Assembly (NCBI GenBank): GCA_965205015.1
Contig: OZ242029.1
Span: 3,584,001-3,648,000 of the forward strand
Direction of reading: 5' to 3'
DNA from: Candidatus Poribacteria bacterium
GTDB lineage: Bacteria > Poribacteria > WGA-4E > WGA-3G
Length of the DNA: 64,000 bases
A program made the position numbers and the translations under genes. Numbering within the stretch: position 1 is the stretch's first letter; every line of letters begins with the position of its first letter. Below the pieces are notes generated by a model. It saw nothing but the letters and a program-made list of their open reading frames with translations, was not told where the DNA came from and did not search any database. Shown here in pieces: positions 10,115 through 21,100 of the stretch.

Positions 10115-12544
10115 CTAAAAACTATGGGACCAGACTGTCGTAACGTGGATACCTTTGCCGGATTCAAAGGCTCTTGCGATATTGAGTCGAAAAATAGATT
10201 CGCTTTCTCCAAATTGTAAACCGATGCCGATATTCCCTTTCGGATCGAAGGTATATGCCGGACCAGATACATTCCAGACCTGCCCCTCATCAAAGAAAAC
10301 AACAGCAAATGCGTTTTTGAAGAAAAAACTCCAACTGAGTGGTAACAGATTGGATAAACGATGGTGGTATTCGATATTGAGTAGAAACCCCCGGTCTCCT
10401 GAAAACGTGTATGGAGAAGACCTGTGTCCACTTTTATAGGTGATTACACCTTCAGATTCACTTTCCTGTTTTCTCCAAGAATACCCTCTGAGTCCTCCTA
10501 TCCCATCAATGACAAATTGGCGTTGAATTGGGAGCGTCGCGTTGGAAAACCCAAACAGAAACCGAGTTCGGATTCGGTTATCCTGTAGCCGGAAAGCATA
10601 CCGAAGGTGCAACAGCAAGCGTGTGAAATCGAAATCGGAGCCTACGGCGGCGTTACTGTGTTCCATCAGCACGGTATTGTGCCATCCCAAGGAATTTGCT
10701 CGAGTCCTAAAATCGTATTGGAAGGTGAGGCTCCGCATTCGACCGGGACTTATTGGAGGGTTCTCTCTCACCCGGAGGTTTGATGCCCAATTGGCGACAA
10801 ACCAATCCGTGCTTTTCTGCAGACTGGCGTGTGATTCTGTAACCATCGCCAATTTGAACGAGTGGGTCGGCATCACCGGTGCCCACCGCAACGCGATCTC
10901 AGCCCCTTGTCGCAAATAGTAATTTTGGAGGTCGGGTATCCCGATAACACGTTGAGTAATAGATGTATTCTCATTGTAGTTCGGAAACATTTCAGGAGCG
11001 ACTGCCGCTGTGAGTCGATGAATTTGTGCTGTGAGTCCGAAATTCCAGATGTAAGGTTTTCCCCAATTCGCAGTACCTCCCATGCGATAATGGACATGTG
11101 GGTTACCGAACGCATAACTCGCCTTCCCAAAGAGATTTGAAGTTTGATCGGGTGCTGAATTTCTGACGCTCCACGCCCAAAGGGGCCCCAGCTCTTTTCG
11201 TTTTCCAAATTCAAAACCGGTGCCGATTTCCCACCCCGTCACTCGATTAAATCCGAAGCGTATCGGTGGATTGAGACCCAGATAAGCCTTCGAAAGCGGT
11301 TTCTCATCGACAATAATTGTGGCGATGTATTTAGAATTTTCCTCATCGACTTTTAGGTTTACCTCTTCAAAGTAGGGCGTCGCTTTATACAGGGTTTTGA
11401 GTGCTTGTTCGATGTCCTCAGAGCCGTTTTCAAGTATCTGTTGAATCTGTGCTTCGGATATCTTCTGATTCCCTTGGATGCGTATTTCGTCGATAGGGAC
11501 ATCCCCCGCTAAAAATCGTGTACCTACGGCTGGAATTTGCGAATTTGCTTCTTGTGAAATCAGCTTGCTCAATGAATTGTGGACTCGATTAACATCAGAA
11601 CCAGAAATCTTCAGAGATTTCAGCACTGACAGTGTTCGAGTGATAGGAATATCTTCGACAGTGATTATCCCGACGCGTTTGGCACCCTTTTCCTCGACAC
11701 GTAAAGATGCCTTTTTAGAACTATTGACGAGCACGCGTGTAAGAATAGGCATGACCTCAATCATGTCGCCATATCCATTTTCAAGGACCTTCCTGATATT
11801 GGTACCCTCAATTCCATCGGCACCTTGGATTTGAATGTCGTGGATTTGTTCACCATCAAAAGTCCAATTCCATGGCTTTTCAGGTTTTTGGGTTTCTTCA
11901 GCAGTATCGGTGCGTTCGGGGTGTTTTTGCTTGGGGGTCTCCACTTCTATAGGCGTTGGTGTTGGCTCGGGAACTTCAGGTGTTGGCAGCGGTGGCGGGG
12001 GCGCGATTTCCAGATCGCGAGGTTTGACCGACATGAGTTCAGGAATCTCAATACCGAGTTGATGAAGATTGAGTAACACGCCACCGAGCTGCCGTTTCGG
12101 GATCTCACCAACGATATTTATGAGATACACATCGTCGCCACTTTTAACAATAACAAAAACGCCTTGAAGGGTCTCATTTATTTCGAGGGTGTAGAGATGC
12201 AAATTGTCATCTTCGACATCGCCTTGAAAAGGTTGTCCCAATACGTTCCAGCTGCGCTTTTTTAGAACTTCTCCGTAATATTGAACGACTTCCTTAAGAT
12301 TGACGGACCGACTTCGGTAACTGCGGAGATGTAAGTTCTCTATAGTGTTAAACAGTGGTGCAATATTGGAAGTCGGATCCTCCATCACAAGGGCAATGAC
12401 ACGCTTGTCCAAATCAAACTGGAATTCAGATGATGGTAGGCTTGGACAATCGAAGGCGACAGTGCCGTTATTGGGCTGTGATTGTGCTGCGGGGTTAATG
12501 AGAAGCAGAAATGCTATGAATGCGTTTGTAATCGTATATTTCAT
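10115..12544 (-). CDS. Omp85/BamA-TamA-like outer membrane protein with N-terminal DUF4252-like domain, Pro-rich linker and POTRA-like repeats
   Basis: Signal peptide from MKYTIT (alternative ATG12649); 'IRIQGNQKI' POTRA; 'FNRVTG'; 'GGLRGY'; terminal Phe. Confidence 0.75.
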   Translation of the reverse strand: MKYTITNAFIAFLLLINPAAQSQPNNGTVAFDCPSLPSSEFQFDLDKRVIALVMEDPTSNIAPLFNTIENLHLRSYRSRSVNLKEVVQYYGEVLKKRSWNVLGQPFQGDVEDDNLHLYTLEINETLQGVFVIVKSGDDVYLINIVGEIPKRQLGGVLLNLHQLGIEIPELMSVKPRDLEIAPPPPLPTPEVPEPTPTPIEVETPKQKHPERTDTAEETQKPEKPWNWTFDGEQIHDIQIQGADGIEGTNIRKVLENGYGDMIEVMPILTRVLVNSSKKASLRVEEKGAKRVGIITVEDIPITRTLSVLKSLKISGSDVNRVHNSLSKLISQEANSQIPAVGTRFLAGDVPIDEIRIQGNQKISEAQIQQILENGSEDIEQALKTLYKATPYFEEVNLKVDEENSKYIATIIVDEKPLSKAYLGLNPPIRFGFNRVTGWEIGTGFEFGKRKELGPLWAWSVRNSAPDQTSNLFGKASYAFGNPHVHYRMGGTANWGKPYIWNFGLTAQIHRLTAAVAPEMFPNYNENTSITQRVIGIPDLQNYYLRQGAEIALRWAPVMPTHSFKLAMVTESHASLQKSTDWFVANWASNLRVRENPPISPGRMRSLTFQYDFRTRANSLGWHNTVLMEHSNAAVGSDFDFTRLLLHLRYAFRLQDNRIRTRFLFGFSNATLPIQRQFVIDGIGGLRGYSWRKQESESEGVITYKSGHRSSPYTFSGDRGFLLNIEYHHRLSNLLPLSWSFFFKNAFAVVFFDEGQVWNVSGPAYTFDPKGNIGIGLQFGESESIFRLNIARAFESGKGIHVTTVWSHSF

Positions 12545-12731
12545 CTTTTTAATTTTCCCTTGCGGAGAAACAACGTGAATTTGAAACTTTGATGTTCCTT
12601 CCTTAAATCCGCTCTCCACTTCGTTACGAGCTACGGTTTTTGGTTTCATTTTCTAATTTACCTTGCTGGGGTGCATTCCTCAAGAGTTCCTCCACTACTT
12701 ATGGGAAACCTGGTTTTCGCGTTAGATCCCT

Positions 12732-13901
12732 TCAGTGTGTGTTGTCAATGTTCTTCAGGCGTTGTTGTAGTTTTCTCAATGCGTCTGGAATGCGAGGTTT
12801 GCCGGGGTGATAGATAACTTCGGGTGGCACAATCTTTCCGAGCATATATTCCTCCGTGTGCCACTCGAATGTGGGGATTCCTACTGAAACGGAACGCTTC
12901 GTCTCGGAATAAGGTTCATTCGGGGGGGCGTAGTACCATTGTAGCGCGATAAAGTATCGGGGTCCTTGGAAATATTGAATCTCAACGGGATATATACCTT
13001 TTGAGAGCGTTATGCTGCCCCCTTTCCCCTTCGTGTGAACGCCATCGTTATCTACGACGAGCCGCCCATCGATATAGAGTTTTGCACCGTCATCTGAGTA
13101 AAGCCCGAAACGGTACAACCCGGGTGTGTCAATTGCTAACTTCCCTCGGAAGCGAATGGCAAAATCCTCAATAACAGATTGCATTTTTGGTGTCGGAAAT
13201 CCCTCGGTGTAGTCTCGTTTAGGGATGTCTAAGTTTGGGGTAACAAAAGTATAAATAGGTGTCAGACGGTCGAAATCCGGCATCCGGTGGATCTGACCGC
13301 CAGGGACGTAGACTTCACCAATTAATCCGTGTCCAGGCATCACATCTGTACCGAAAATACCGAGTCCTTCATCTATATTATCAAGCGTCGCAAGACCGAC
13401 CTCTGACGCGCCTGTTCCTTTTGCAAAGTGTTTTCCGTTCCCATATCCGCCGGTCCCACGTCCACGGTGCCCAGGTCCACCAACCCCGGTGCCCCGCTGT
13501 CCCTCAGCGACAACGGGACCTGCGAGCGTTCCATCCTCCCCAAAACTGGCATTGGAGACAGAACTCGGAGCGTCTGCTTGGGGGAGATCGGCGTGCGTAA
13601 CGACATCCGGAATTACATCAGCCTGAACGGGTGCTTTCGGAACGGTTACCTCTGGGGCATACGTCGGTGAAGCAGGGGAAGCGGGGGCTGCTTCCGTCTC
13701 ACTCACTTGGGGGACCACAGGGGTGCGGGACGGTAAAATCCGTTGTCTCACTTGCTGCTCGGATTCTGGCTCCAATATCTCGGCGGATATGCTCTCTTTC
13801 TCTACATGGAAATGATTCACAAGAAACGGTGAGATCGCCAACATTGCCGCGATATGGAGGGCAAAGGATATCAATAAGGCACGGTTTGTGTGTCTTCGCA
13901 T
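12732..13901 (-). CDS. Membrane-anchored Pro-rich protein with C-terminal PA14 domain
   Basis: TonB-like anchor 'LISFALH', Pro/Gly linker, 'GLIGEVY..FAIRFRG..SDDGAKLYIDG..DNDG..IQYFQG'. Confidence 0.82.
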   Translation of the reverse strand: MRRHTNRALLISFALHIAAMLAISPFLVNHFHVEKESISAEILEPESEQQVRQRILPSRTPVVPQVSETEAAPASPASPTYAPEVTVPKAPVQADVIPDVVTHADLPQADAPSSVSNASFGEDGTLAGPVVAEGQRGTGVGGPGHRGRGTGGYGNGKHFAKGTGASEVGLATLDNIDEGLGIFGTDVMPGHGLIGEVYVPGGQIHRMPDFDRLTPIYTFVTPNLDIPKRDYTEGFPTPKMQSVIEDFAIRFRGKLAIDTPGLYRFGLYSDDGAKLYIDGRLVVDNDGVHTKGKGGSITLSKGIYPVEIQYFQGPRYFIALQWYYAPPNEPYSETKRSVSVGIPTFEWHTEEYMLGKIVPPEVIYHPGKPRIPDALRKLQQRLKNIDNTH

Positions 13902-13902
13902 T

Positions 13903-15078
13903 TTATTGTATTTTCTCCATTTGTTCAAGCCGTTGCTGTAGTTTCTTCAGGGCATCCGGCACGCGCGCCTTGCCCGGGCGATAGATAACTTCAGGCGGCA
14001 CAATCTGTCTATGGGCATCTGGCGGTTGATAGAACCATTGAAGTGCGATTTCATACTTGGGACCTTGAAAGTATTGGATTTCAAACGGATGTGTCCCGGC
14101 TGCGAGTTCTATGCTTCCCGGTTTACCCATTGTCACGAAATGTTTACCACTGATTTCCCACGAGAGTAGGACCCCTCCGAGATCCTTACGCCCCTTATTG
14201 CGCGTTATTCCATGAATTCCGTCATTATCAATAACGAGGGTGTCGTCAATGTATAACTTTGAGCCATCATCCGATAAGAGCCAGAAAGTGTAGATACCGG
14301 GTGTATCCACAGCCAATACACCGCGGAAACGCACCGCGAAATTTTCAACAACAGTCTGCATCTCTGGCGTCGGAAACCCCTTCGTATATTCTCTGATAGC
14401 GACATCTAAATTCGCCGTAATAAAGGTGTAGATCGGTGTCAAAGCCCCGAAATCGGGCATCTGTTCAATTGTGATACCGGGAACATAGACCTGTCCGATT
14501 AATCCGTGTCCAGGCATCACGTCTGTGTCGAAGATGCCGAGTCCTGCATCTACAGTCTCAAGCGTTGCGAGTCCGACATCCGATGCGTCTGTTCCGTGCG
14601 TAAGGTGTTTTCCGCTCCCATATCCGCCGGTTCCACGTCCCGCGCGTCCAGGTTCGCCAACCCCGGTGCCTCGCTGTCCCTCAATTACAACGGGACCTGC
14701 GAGTTCGCCATCTTCACCAAAACTGGCGTTGGAAACGGGACTCGGCGCATCTGATTGTGGAACATCGGCATGTGTAACGAGGTCAGGGGTTAGGTCAGCG
14801 TGGACGGGTGCCTTCGGGACGCTCACTTCTGGTGCGGACGTCGGTGAAGCAGGAGAGGTGGGTGATGCTTCCGGCTCATTCACTTGTGGTACTACAGGTG
14901 TGCGCGGCGGCAAAACCCGTCGTCTCACTCGTTGCTCGGATTCCGGTTCCAATATCTCAGCGGATATGCTCTCTTTCTCTACAGTAAAATGATTCACAAG
15001 CAACGGTGAGAGTGCTAACATCGCCACGATATGGAGCGCAAAGGATATCAATAAGGCACGATTTGTGTGTCCTCGCAT
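13903..15078 (-). CDS. PA14 domain protein, tandem paralogue
   Basis: Same architecture and near-identical N-half; AGGA RBS before ATG15078. Confidence 0.82.
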   Translation of the reverse strand: MRGHTNRALLISFALHIVAMLALSPLLVNHFTVEKESISAEILEPESEQRVRRRVLPPRTPVVPQVNEPEASPTSPASPTSAPEVSVPKAPVHADLTPDLVTHADVPQSDAPSPVSNASFGEDGELAGPVVIEGQRGTGVGEPGRAGRGTGGYGSGKHLTHGTDASDVGLATLETVDAGLGIFDTDVMPGHGLIGQVYVPGITIEQMPDFGALTPIYTFITANLDVAIREYTKGFPTPEMQTVVENFAVRFRGVLAVDTPGIYTFWLLSDDGSKLYIDDTLVIDNDGIHGITRNKGRKDLGGVLLSWEISGKHFVTMGKPGSIELAAGTHPFEIQYFQGPKYEIALQWFYQPPDAHRQIVPPEVIYRPGKARVPDALKKLQQRLEQMEKIQ

Positions 15079-15226
15079 ATTGTTGTTCCTCATGCGTTTG
15101 AGACGGGGCGTTCACAAAAGCGTCGGGATTCGGAGATCCCTCCTACAAATATGTCCGTTACATTACTACAAACGAGTTTCCAAAAAGTTGCATGTTTTTC
15201 CAAATTATCTCATATTATAAACATTT

Positions 15227-16009
15227 TTAGTGCGTGAGCGAATAGATAACGGCGTTGATTCCCATTTTGAATGCCATATCCGAATACGCGTTCGGATAAA
15301 ACGCCTCGGCGGCGTGTTCCCATGCGTCTCCCCAATCGGTATTGAGATTAATCATCATCATGAGTCTGCGGTTGTCATCATAGATTCCAAGACACTGCAC
15401 GTGACGGCCGCCATCACTTGCCCTTTCGTAAGTTCTGCCTCTGCGTGCGGCACCTGCTCCGGGAATTTGCATCAATTCATCGATTTGATAAAAACAGTGA
15501 AAAATCGGATGAGAGATCGGAATGTCCTCCGGTTCACGATCCGGGAAGATTTTCTTCAGTTGTTTATGAAATCGTTTCCATGCCTGTCTTCCGTGAAAAT
15601 CGTCGACCAGGATAAAACCACCACGTAGCAGGTATTCCCGTAAATTTCTCGCCTCAGCATCGGTGAATTTCAAACGCTTGACATCTACCATATATCCAAA
15701 CGGGTAATGAAAGAGTTCCTCAGAACCGATATCAACTATCTTTTCTTTTGAACTCACCAAGACATTTGTCTGCTCGCGGAGCTGCAAGATGAAATTCCGG
15801 TCTGAAGCGGGCCAATCTGTATTCCAGTTGTCGTGATGTCCCCGGGATTCCCTATATTTCAAACGAACGAAGGTAAATACGTCAGTTTCGGATGCCTCAA
15901 CATCCGCCGCCGAGGCGAAACGACCTCCGCAAGTGGACGATATTACTAATATTGATACAACATGAAACCAAAAAGATAGTAAAAAAATACGATTTGTGTG
16001 TCGGCGCAT
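15227..16009 (-). CDS. DUF4159 family protein, paralogue
   Basis: Same motifs as 9243-9971. Confidence 0.8.
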   Translation of the reverse strand: MRRHTNRIFLLSFWFHVVSILVISSTCGGRFASAADVEASETDVFTFVRLKYRESRGHHDNWNTDWPASDRNFILQLREQTNVLVSSKEKIVDIGSEELFHYPFGYMVDVKRLKFTDAEARNLREYLLRGGFILVDDFHGRQAWKRFHKQLKKIFPDREPEDIPISHPIFHCFYQIDELMQIPGAGAARRGRTYERASDGGRHVQCLGIYDDNRRLMMMINLNTDWGDAWEHAAEAFYPNAYSDMAFKMGINAVIYSLTH

Positions 16010-16026
16010 TTCGCTTGTTATCCTGA

Positions 16027-17967
16027 CTAAAAACTATAAAACCAGAGGAGGTTGAATTGCACACTTTGTTCTGATTCAAAAGCCTGTGCAACATTAAAGC
16101 GTAGAAAAGAGTCGCTTGCCCCCATTTGGAAACCTATGCCCGCATCGCTCTTCGGCATACGTGTGGATGTTTCGTCATTTCTGTTCCATGTTTGACCTGC
16201 ATCGAGGAAAAACACCAGAAAGAGATTAAAGTCAAAATCAAATGGCATGTTTCTCCGGGTGAACAGTTCAGATAAAGGGTAGAAATATTCGATATTGAAG
16301 AGGTAGCCGCGGTCCCCTGCGAAAGCGTAGAGCGGGTAGCCGTTCAATATCCCTGGACCCCCAATGGTAAATTGACGTTGAATCGGTAGGGATGCGGTTG
16401 AAAAACTACCGACTGCGCGAGTTCGTATTTTGTGTTTACCGAGTGGATGTGCATAGCGGAGATGGAGTTGATAGCGCGTGAAATCGAAATCCGAGCCGAG
16501 GGCGGTCCTGCTATGTTCCAGAAGGAAAGTGTTATGCCAACCGAGGTGACTGGTGCGGAGGTTAAGATCGTATGTGAACAGGACGCTCCGCATCCGACCG
16601 GGTGTTATTACTGGGTTTTCCCGCGCTTTTGACGTTGAACGCCAATTGAAAAGATGCCAATCTGTGCTTTTTTCCAGACTCTTGTGATTTTCAGCAAGAA
16701 GCGTCAGCGTAACTAAGTGCTTTGGGGGAATATACGCCATGCGTGGCAGCTCCTGCCATCGGAAGGCTATTTCAAAGCCGCGCCTTAAATAGTAGTTGTG
16801 TAAGTCTTCGGCACCAAAGATATTATAGAACAAACCGAACGGGTCATTGAAAGAATTGCCAACACGGTAGGGAATCACGTTGTCAGGTGTGATGTCGGTC
16901 GTGCGATGGAGCTTGGCATTGATGCCAAACCCATGATACCATTTGTCAGCGTCCGCTTCGGGAGTGTTAAATCGTGTGTATGTCGCAAACGGCAATGTAT
17001 CTATGCCAATTTCATAATCCGTTACCTTATTGGCAAACCCGTAGCCTATATACCCAAAGATATTTGAGGTTGGCATATCATTTGGAAGACGCGCCCTTGC
17101 GAAATCAATTTTAGAGGTAGTCCCCAATTTCCAACCTGAAACGCGGTTAAATCTAAGCATCGGGGTGGCTGTGAAGGAACCGGAAGATTGAGATGGCGTT
17201 CGTTCCTTGACGGTAATCACGGCGGTATGCCTGCCATTTTTTTGCTCAACACTCGATTCTACTTTCTCTAATTGAGAACCCATTTTTTTTCGCAGGGCTT
17301 CTACCGCTTTATTGATGTCCTCGTCCCCTGCTTCAAGCGTTTCGAGAATCTCCGTCTGATCGATTTTCTGGTTGCCTTTAATCTGAATTTCGTAAATTGG
17401 GGAACCGTCGGTAAGTCGGAATCCCGTCGGCGAAGATAAAGAGCGTTTATCAATCTCCAACGCCGGCAGCGATTTCAATTCAGGGATCTCAATGCCGAGT
17501 TCACCGAGATTCGCTAAGAGCTGACCTACCTGTTCTACAGGGATACTGCCAACAATGTTTAGCAGATAGATGTCCGCATCGCCTTTCACGACTGCAAAGA
17601 TGCCTGTGAAGGTGTTATCTGCCTGCGGATTTTGCATAGCGGTTCCGTTCGGGACATAGAGTCGAACTCTATCCTCTTCCTGGATGCCGTGCCAGTTTTT
17701 CGATTTCAGGTTCTCGCCGTAGTATTGCGCGAGTTTATCGTAAATACCTGTTTCACCATCGTAGATTTGGATGTAAAGATCGGTCACTGTATTGAAGGGG
17801 ACTGTCGTAACGGCGAGCGTGATCAGCTCACGGGTGAAGTGGAATTGAAACTTGGCGTTTGGTATATCGGGGCAATCGAAAGGGATTGTGCCGTCTGGCG
17901 TTTCAGCAAACGTTTGCGCGGATACAGTAAGCGTTAGAAAGGCTATGATATATAATATGTACTTCAT
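16027..17967 (-). CDS. Omp85-like outer membrane protein with DUF4252-like and POTRA-like domains, paralogue
   Basis: 'IYLLNIVGSI', 'IQIKGNQKI', 'FNRVSG', 'GGPGILNGY', terminal 'FYSF'. Confidence 0.75.
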   Translation of the reverse strand: MKYILYIIAFLTLTVSAQTFAETPDGTIPFDCPDIPNAKFQFHFTRELITLAVTTVPFNTVTDLYIQIYDGETGIYDKLAQYYGENLKSKNWHGIQEEDRVRLYVPNGTAMQNPQADNTFTGIFAVVKGDADIYLLNIVGSIPVEQVGQLLANLGELGIEIPELKSLPALEIDKRSLSSPTGFRLTDGSPIYEIQIKGNQKIDQTEILETLEAGDEDINKAVEALRKKMGSQLEKVESSVEQKNGRHTAVITVKERTPSQSSGSFTATPMLRFNRVSGWKLGTTSKIDFARARLPNDMPTSNIFGYIGYGFANKVTDYEIGIDTLPFATYTRFNTPEADADKWYHGFGINAKLHRTTDITPDNVIPYRVGNSFNDPFGLFYNIFGAEDLHNYYLRRGFEIAFRWQELPRMAYIPPKHLVTLTLLAENHKSLEKSTDWHLFNWRSTSKARENPVITPGRMRSVLFTYDLNLRTSHLGWHNTFLLEHSRTALGSDFDFTRYQLHLRYAHPLGKHKIRTRAVGSFSTASLPIQRQFTIGGPGILNGYPLYAFAGDRGYLFNIEYFYPLSELFTRRNMPFDFDFNLFLVFFLDAGQTWNRNDETSTRMPKSDAGIGFQMGASDSFLRFNVAQAFESEQSVQFNLLWFYSF

Positions 17968-18010
17968 ATTTATTTTTTTGCATGTATGGTTTTCGGAGAT
18001 TGCAAAGGTT

Positions 18011-18039
18011 ATTATAATAACTTAAGCGTCCATTGTCAA
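18011..18039 (-). promoter_or_regulatory. Consensus sigma70 promoter
   Basis: Exact TTGACA-N17-TATAAT upstream of ATG17967. Confidence 0.8.
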
Positions 18040-18150
18040 ATTGCCTATAAAAGGTTTAACGATGGGTTTACAAAACGCGTTTACGAAATAGAAAAGGCGT
18101 GCTTGGGAAGCACGCCTACGATAGATAGTAGGGGTTGGGTAACCCACCCC

Positions 18151-21100
18151 CTACAACGATTCATCGAGATCGAAACGTAGGACACCCCGGTTCGCGGTGC
18201 CAACATACAGTGTGTTACTATCAACAGCGAAAGAGATAACAGAACCCGGAAGTTCGGGGGTTGCCCGTTTCCATATATGAGAACCCGCTTTCAACAGATA
18301 CACGTGTTCGTCAGTCTGTCCATACACCGTTGTGCCTTCCACTGCCAATCGGGAGACGACGAGTGGATTCCCTTCAGCATCAGTTGTCGCGTGCCAGTGA
18401 GTGCCGTCGCCCGAATACGCAACACCCTTGTCAGTTGCCACATAAACGGTGGGTCCCGCGAAAACTATCGCCTCGAATTTCTCAAAAGAGAACGGGATAT
18501 CTGCTGTAATATCGCTCCACGTGTCCCCTTCATCAAACGATTGAAGGAGGTGTCCCTCCCGTTTTCCGACGTAAACAGTGCTATCTGACACAGCGATTTT
18601 GAAACCCATAGAACTAAAGGTATCATAAGAGGTAGAGACATCAGCCGAATAATCGAAAGGACCGGACAATAGAGATGCAACAGGGTCCTCGCCTTTATCG
18701 ACTAACCCCGTGTTGTGCCATTCATGCATACCGGGTTGCCATCTGTAAAGCGTCTTCCCGTATTCTACATAGTAGGTATCGCCACTCGCGGCAAAGTTTC
18801 CGATAAACTGCATCATACTGGCTGCGGCTTGTTCTTGTATAACCTTATTCATGGTTTCGTTTAACTGGTTAAAATCAATATCCTCGGGATTGGGTGGCAC
18901 GCCTTTTTCAAGATTTTGCTTAGCCTTGTCGGTAAATGCTTGCATCATAATTTTGTTTATTTCTTCGTCCCTTTTATGGGACTTGACGATTTCAAAACCA
19001 GGCATACCGTCTATAAATTGTAGGCTGTGGTCCTCGATGGATAGATGACATATCGGCGAAGGGGTATCCATGTGATTCCCTCTCTTTACATACAGTGTCT
19101 CGTTAAATGCCCTAATAATGACACCGGCGTCAATCTCACTGGGAAGCGGGGTCCACGATTCACCCCTGTCTGTTGAGGAGACGAATCCATTTGTTGAATT
19201 TGCATAGAGTTTCCCCTTAACGGCGATGAGCGTCTGAACCGGAGTGCCCACGAGCCCTGTATTGAAATCATACCACGTTTTACCACCATCAATTGTGGTC
19301 TGAACCCCAGAAGGGGCACCTTTGTAGAAAGTATTCTCGTTCATCATCAGCACAGGTGGAGGCACGTTGTAACCTGACCCACCCTTTACGTCTAAGGCAG
19401 TCCAGGTTTCCCCGGTATTCATCGAGTAGAAAAGGTTTCCAAAGGCATCTACGACGACAACCCTTCCGTGCGTCGTGAAGAGCTTAACACTGGGCAGATA
19501 GATCTCTGTTGCCTCTGCACCTGGGAATGGAAAACTCATCCCGAATTGTCCAGGTTGCTGTCTCTCTTCCTCCTGCTCCTGTCTCTTCCGTGGATCTATG
19601 GAATACCATGTATCGCCTTGATCGGTTGAGCGGTAAAGTGACCACTGGGTATTCCCTGTCATCGAAGATCTAAGTTGCATCCCGATCTGATTCTGATTTG
19701 TAAGTTCGCTCCCTGGGGCAACATAGAGACGATGTTCATCGACGGCTAAGGCATGGATGGGGAGTTGATTTTCGGACATTTCTGCTGGACGAATGGTCAA
19801 TTTTTTCCATGTATCCATATCGCGGCGATAGAGTCCGTTGTCGGTGCCAGCAAACAGGGTGTTTTCAACGGCGGCAATCGCACGAATTTTTCGACCCGCG
19901 AGGTTCTCATCGTTCAGAGGTATCCACGATTTGCCAGCGTCCAGAGAACGGAATACACCTTCAATGAGAGCAAGGTTCAGGGTCACGTCGGCTGCTGCTC
20001 CGGGAACCGCATCCGTTATGACGAACCCAACGGGCTGACCTTTTGGGTGTGCGCCGAGCGAAGTCCACGTCTCACCGTAATCTGTAGAAGTCAACACCTC
20101 CGCATCGATAGCACTGTAGAGTGTATCGTCCCGCTCTACCATTTGTTGTGTGCTCCCTATTATGTAATCTTTCATGTTGAGTGAGGTTAGACTTCCAGCG
20201 ATGACGAGTTTCCATGAATGTCCGTCGTCTGAGATTTTGTAAAGATTCGTGTAGCTGCCCGCATAGATGTCTCCACGCGTTGTGGTGAAGAGGGTATTGA
20301 CGAGCCCTCCTGCGGGTCCGTTCGTTTGGATCCACTGCGGTTTTGGCGTTGAGATCTCAGTTTCGTCAGCAAGTGCGGCGGCGAAGAGGCGGGCATCGGG
20401 TTGCTGACCGGCACCGAGGTTTTTTCCGGGTGTCGGTGAACTTCCTACCTGATTCCGCGCTGCGGGTTTCGCGGGTGAATCTAAAACAAAAACCGCCTCA
20501 ATGAGTTCAACCGTCCGTTCCGATGTGGCGTTTAAATCGTAAGGTTTCTGGAAACGGGAGAGATGCTGTGTGCCAACCCCCAACAATAGGAAAATCGCGA
20601 TAGCAGATACCGCTGAAAGTGCCCAAGGCACGATGGGTTTATTTGGCGTGGGTGCTGTGGGGGTAATCCGTGAGATTTCCCGCATGATGTTTTCTGTCAG
20701 ATGCGCGGGCAGTTGAAAACTGCCAAGGTTTTGTTGGATCATGTGTTCTTCCTTCTTGAGACGATTGCGAGCACGGCTGAGTCGGCTTTTCACAGTATTT
20801 GGAGAGACACCGAGAAACTCGCTGATGGTTTTGATTGTCATTTCACCGAGGTAGTGGAGTGTCATCACGGTGCGTTCGCTTTCGGGTAGTTTTTGGAGAA
20901 GCTTCTTGACGACCTCACGGCGCGTTTCATCGGCTTCAGTTGCTTGGTTTTCTGCGACGTATCGAGAGTATGACACTTGATTCACCTCACTCATATCCGT
21001 AGTTTCTAAAGATTGTTCCGGTGGGGAACTCTTTTGGAACCAGTCAGCACACAAGCGTGCCGCAATGACATACAGCCATCCGGCAAACAAATTGTGATTT

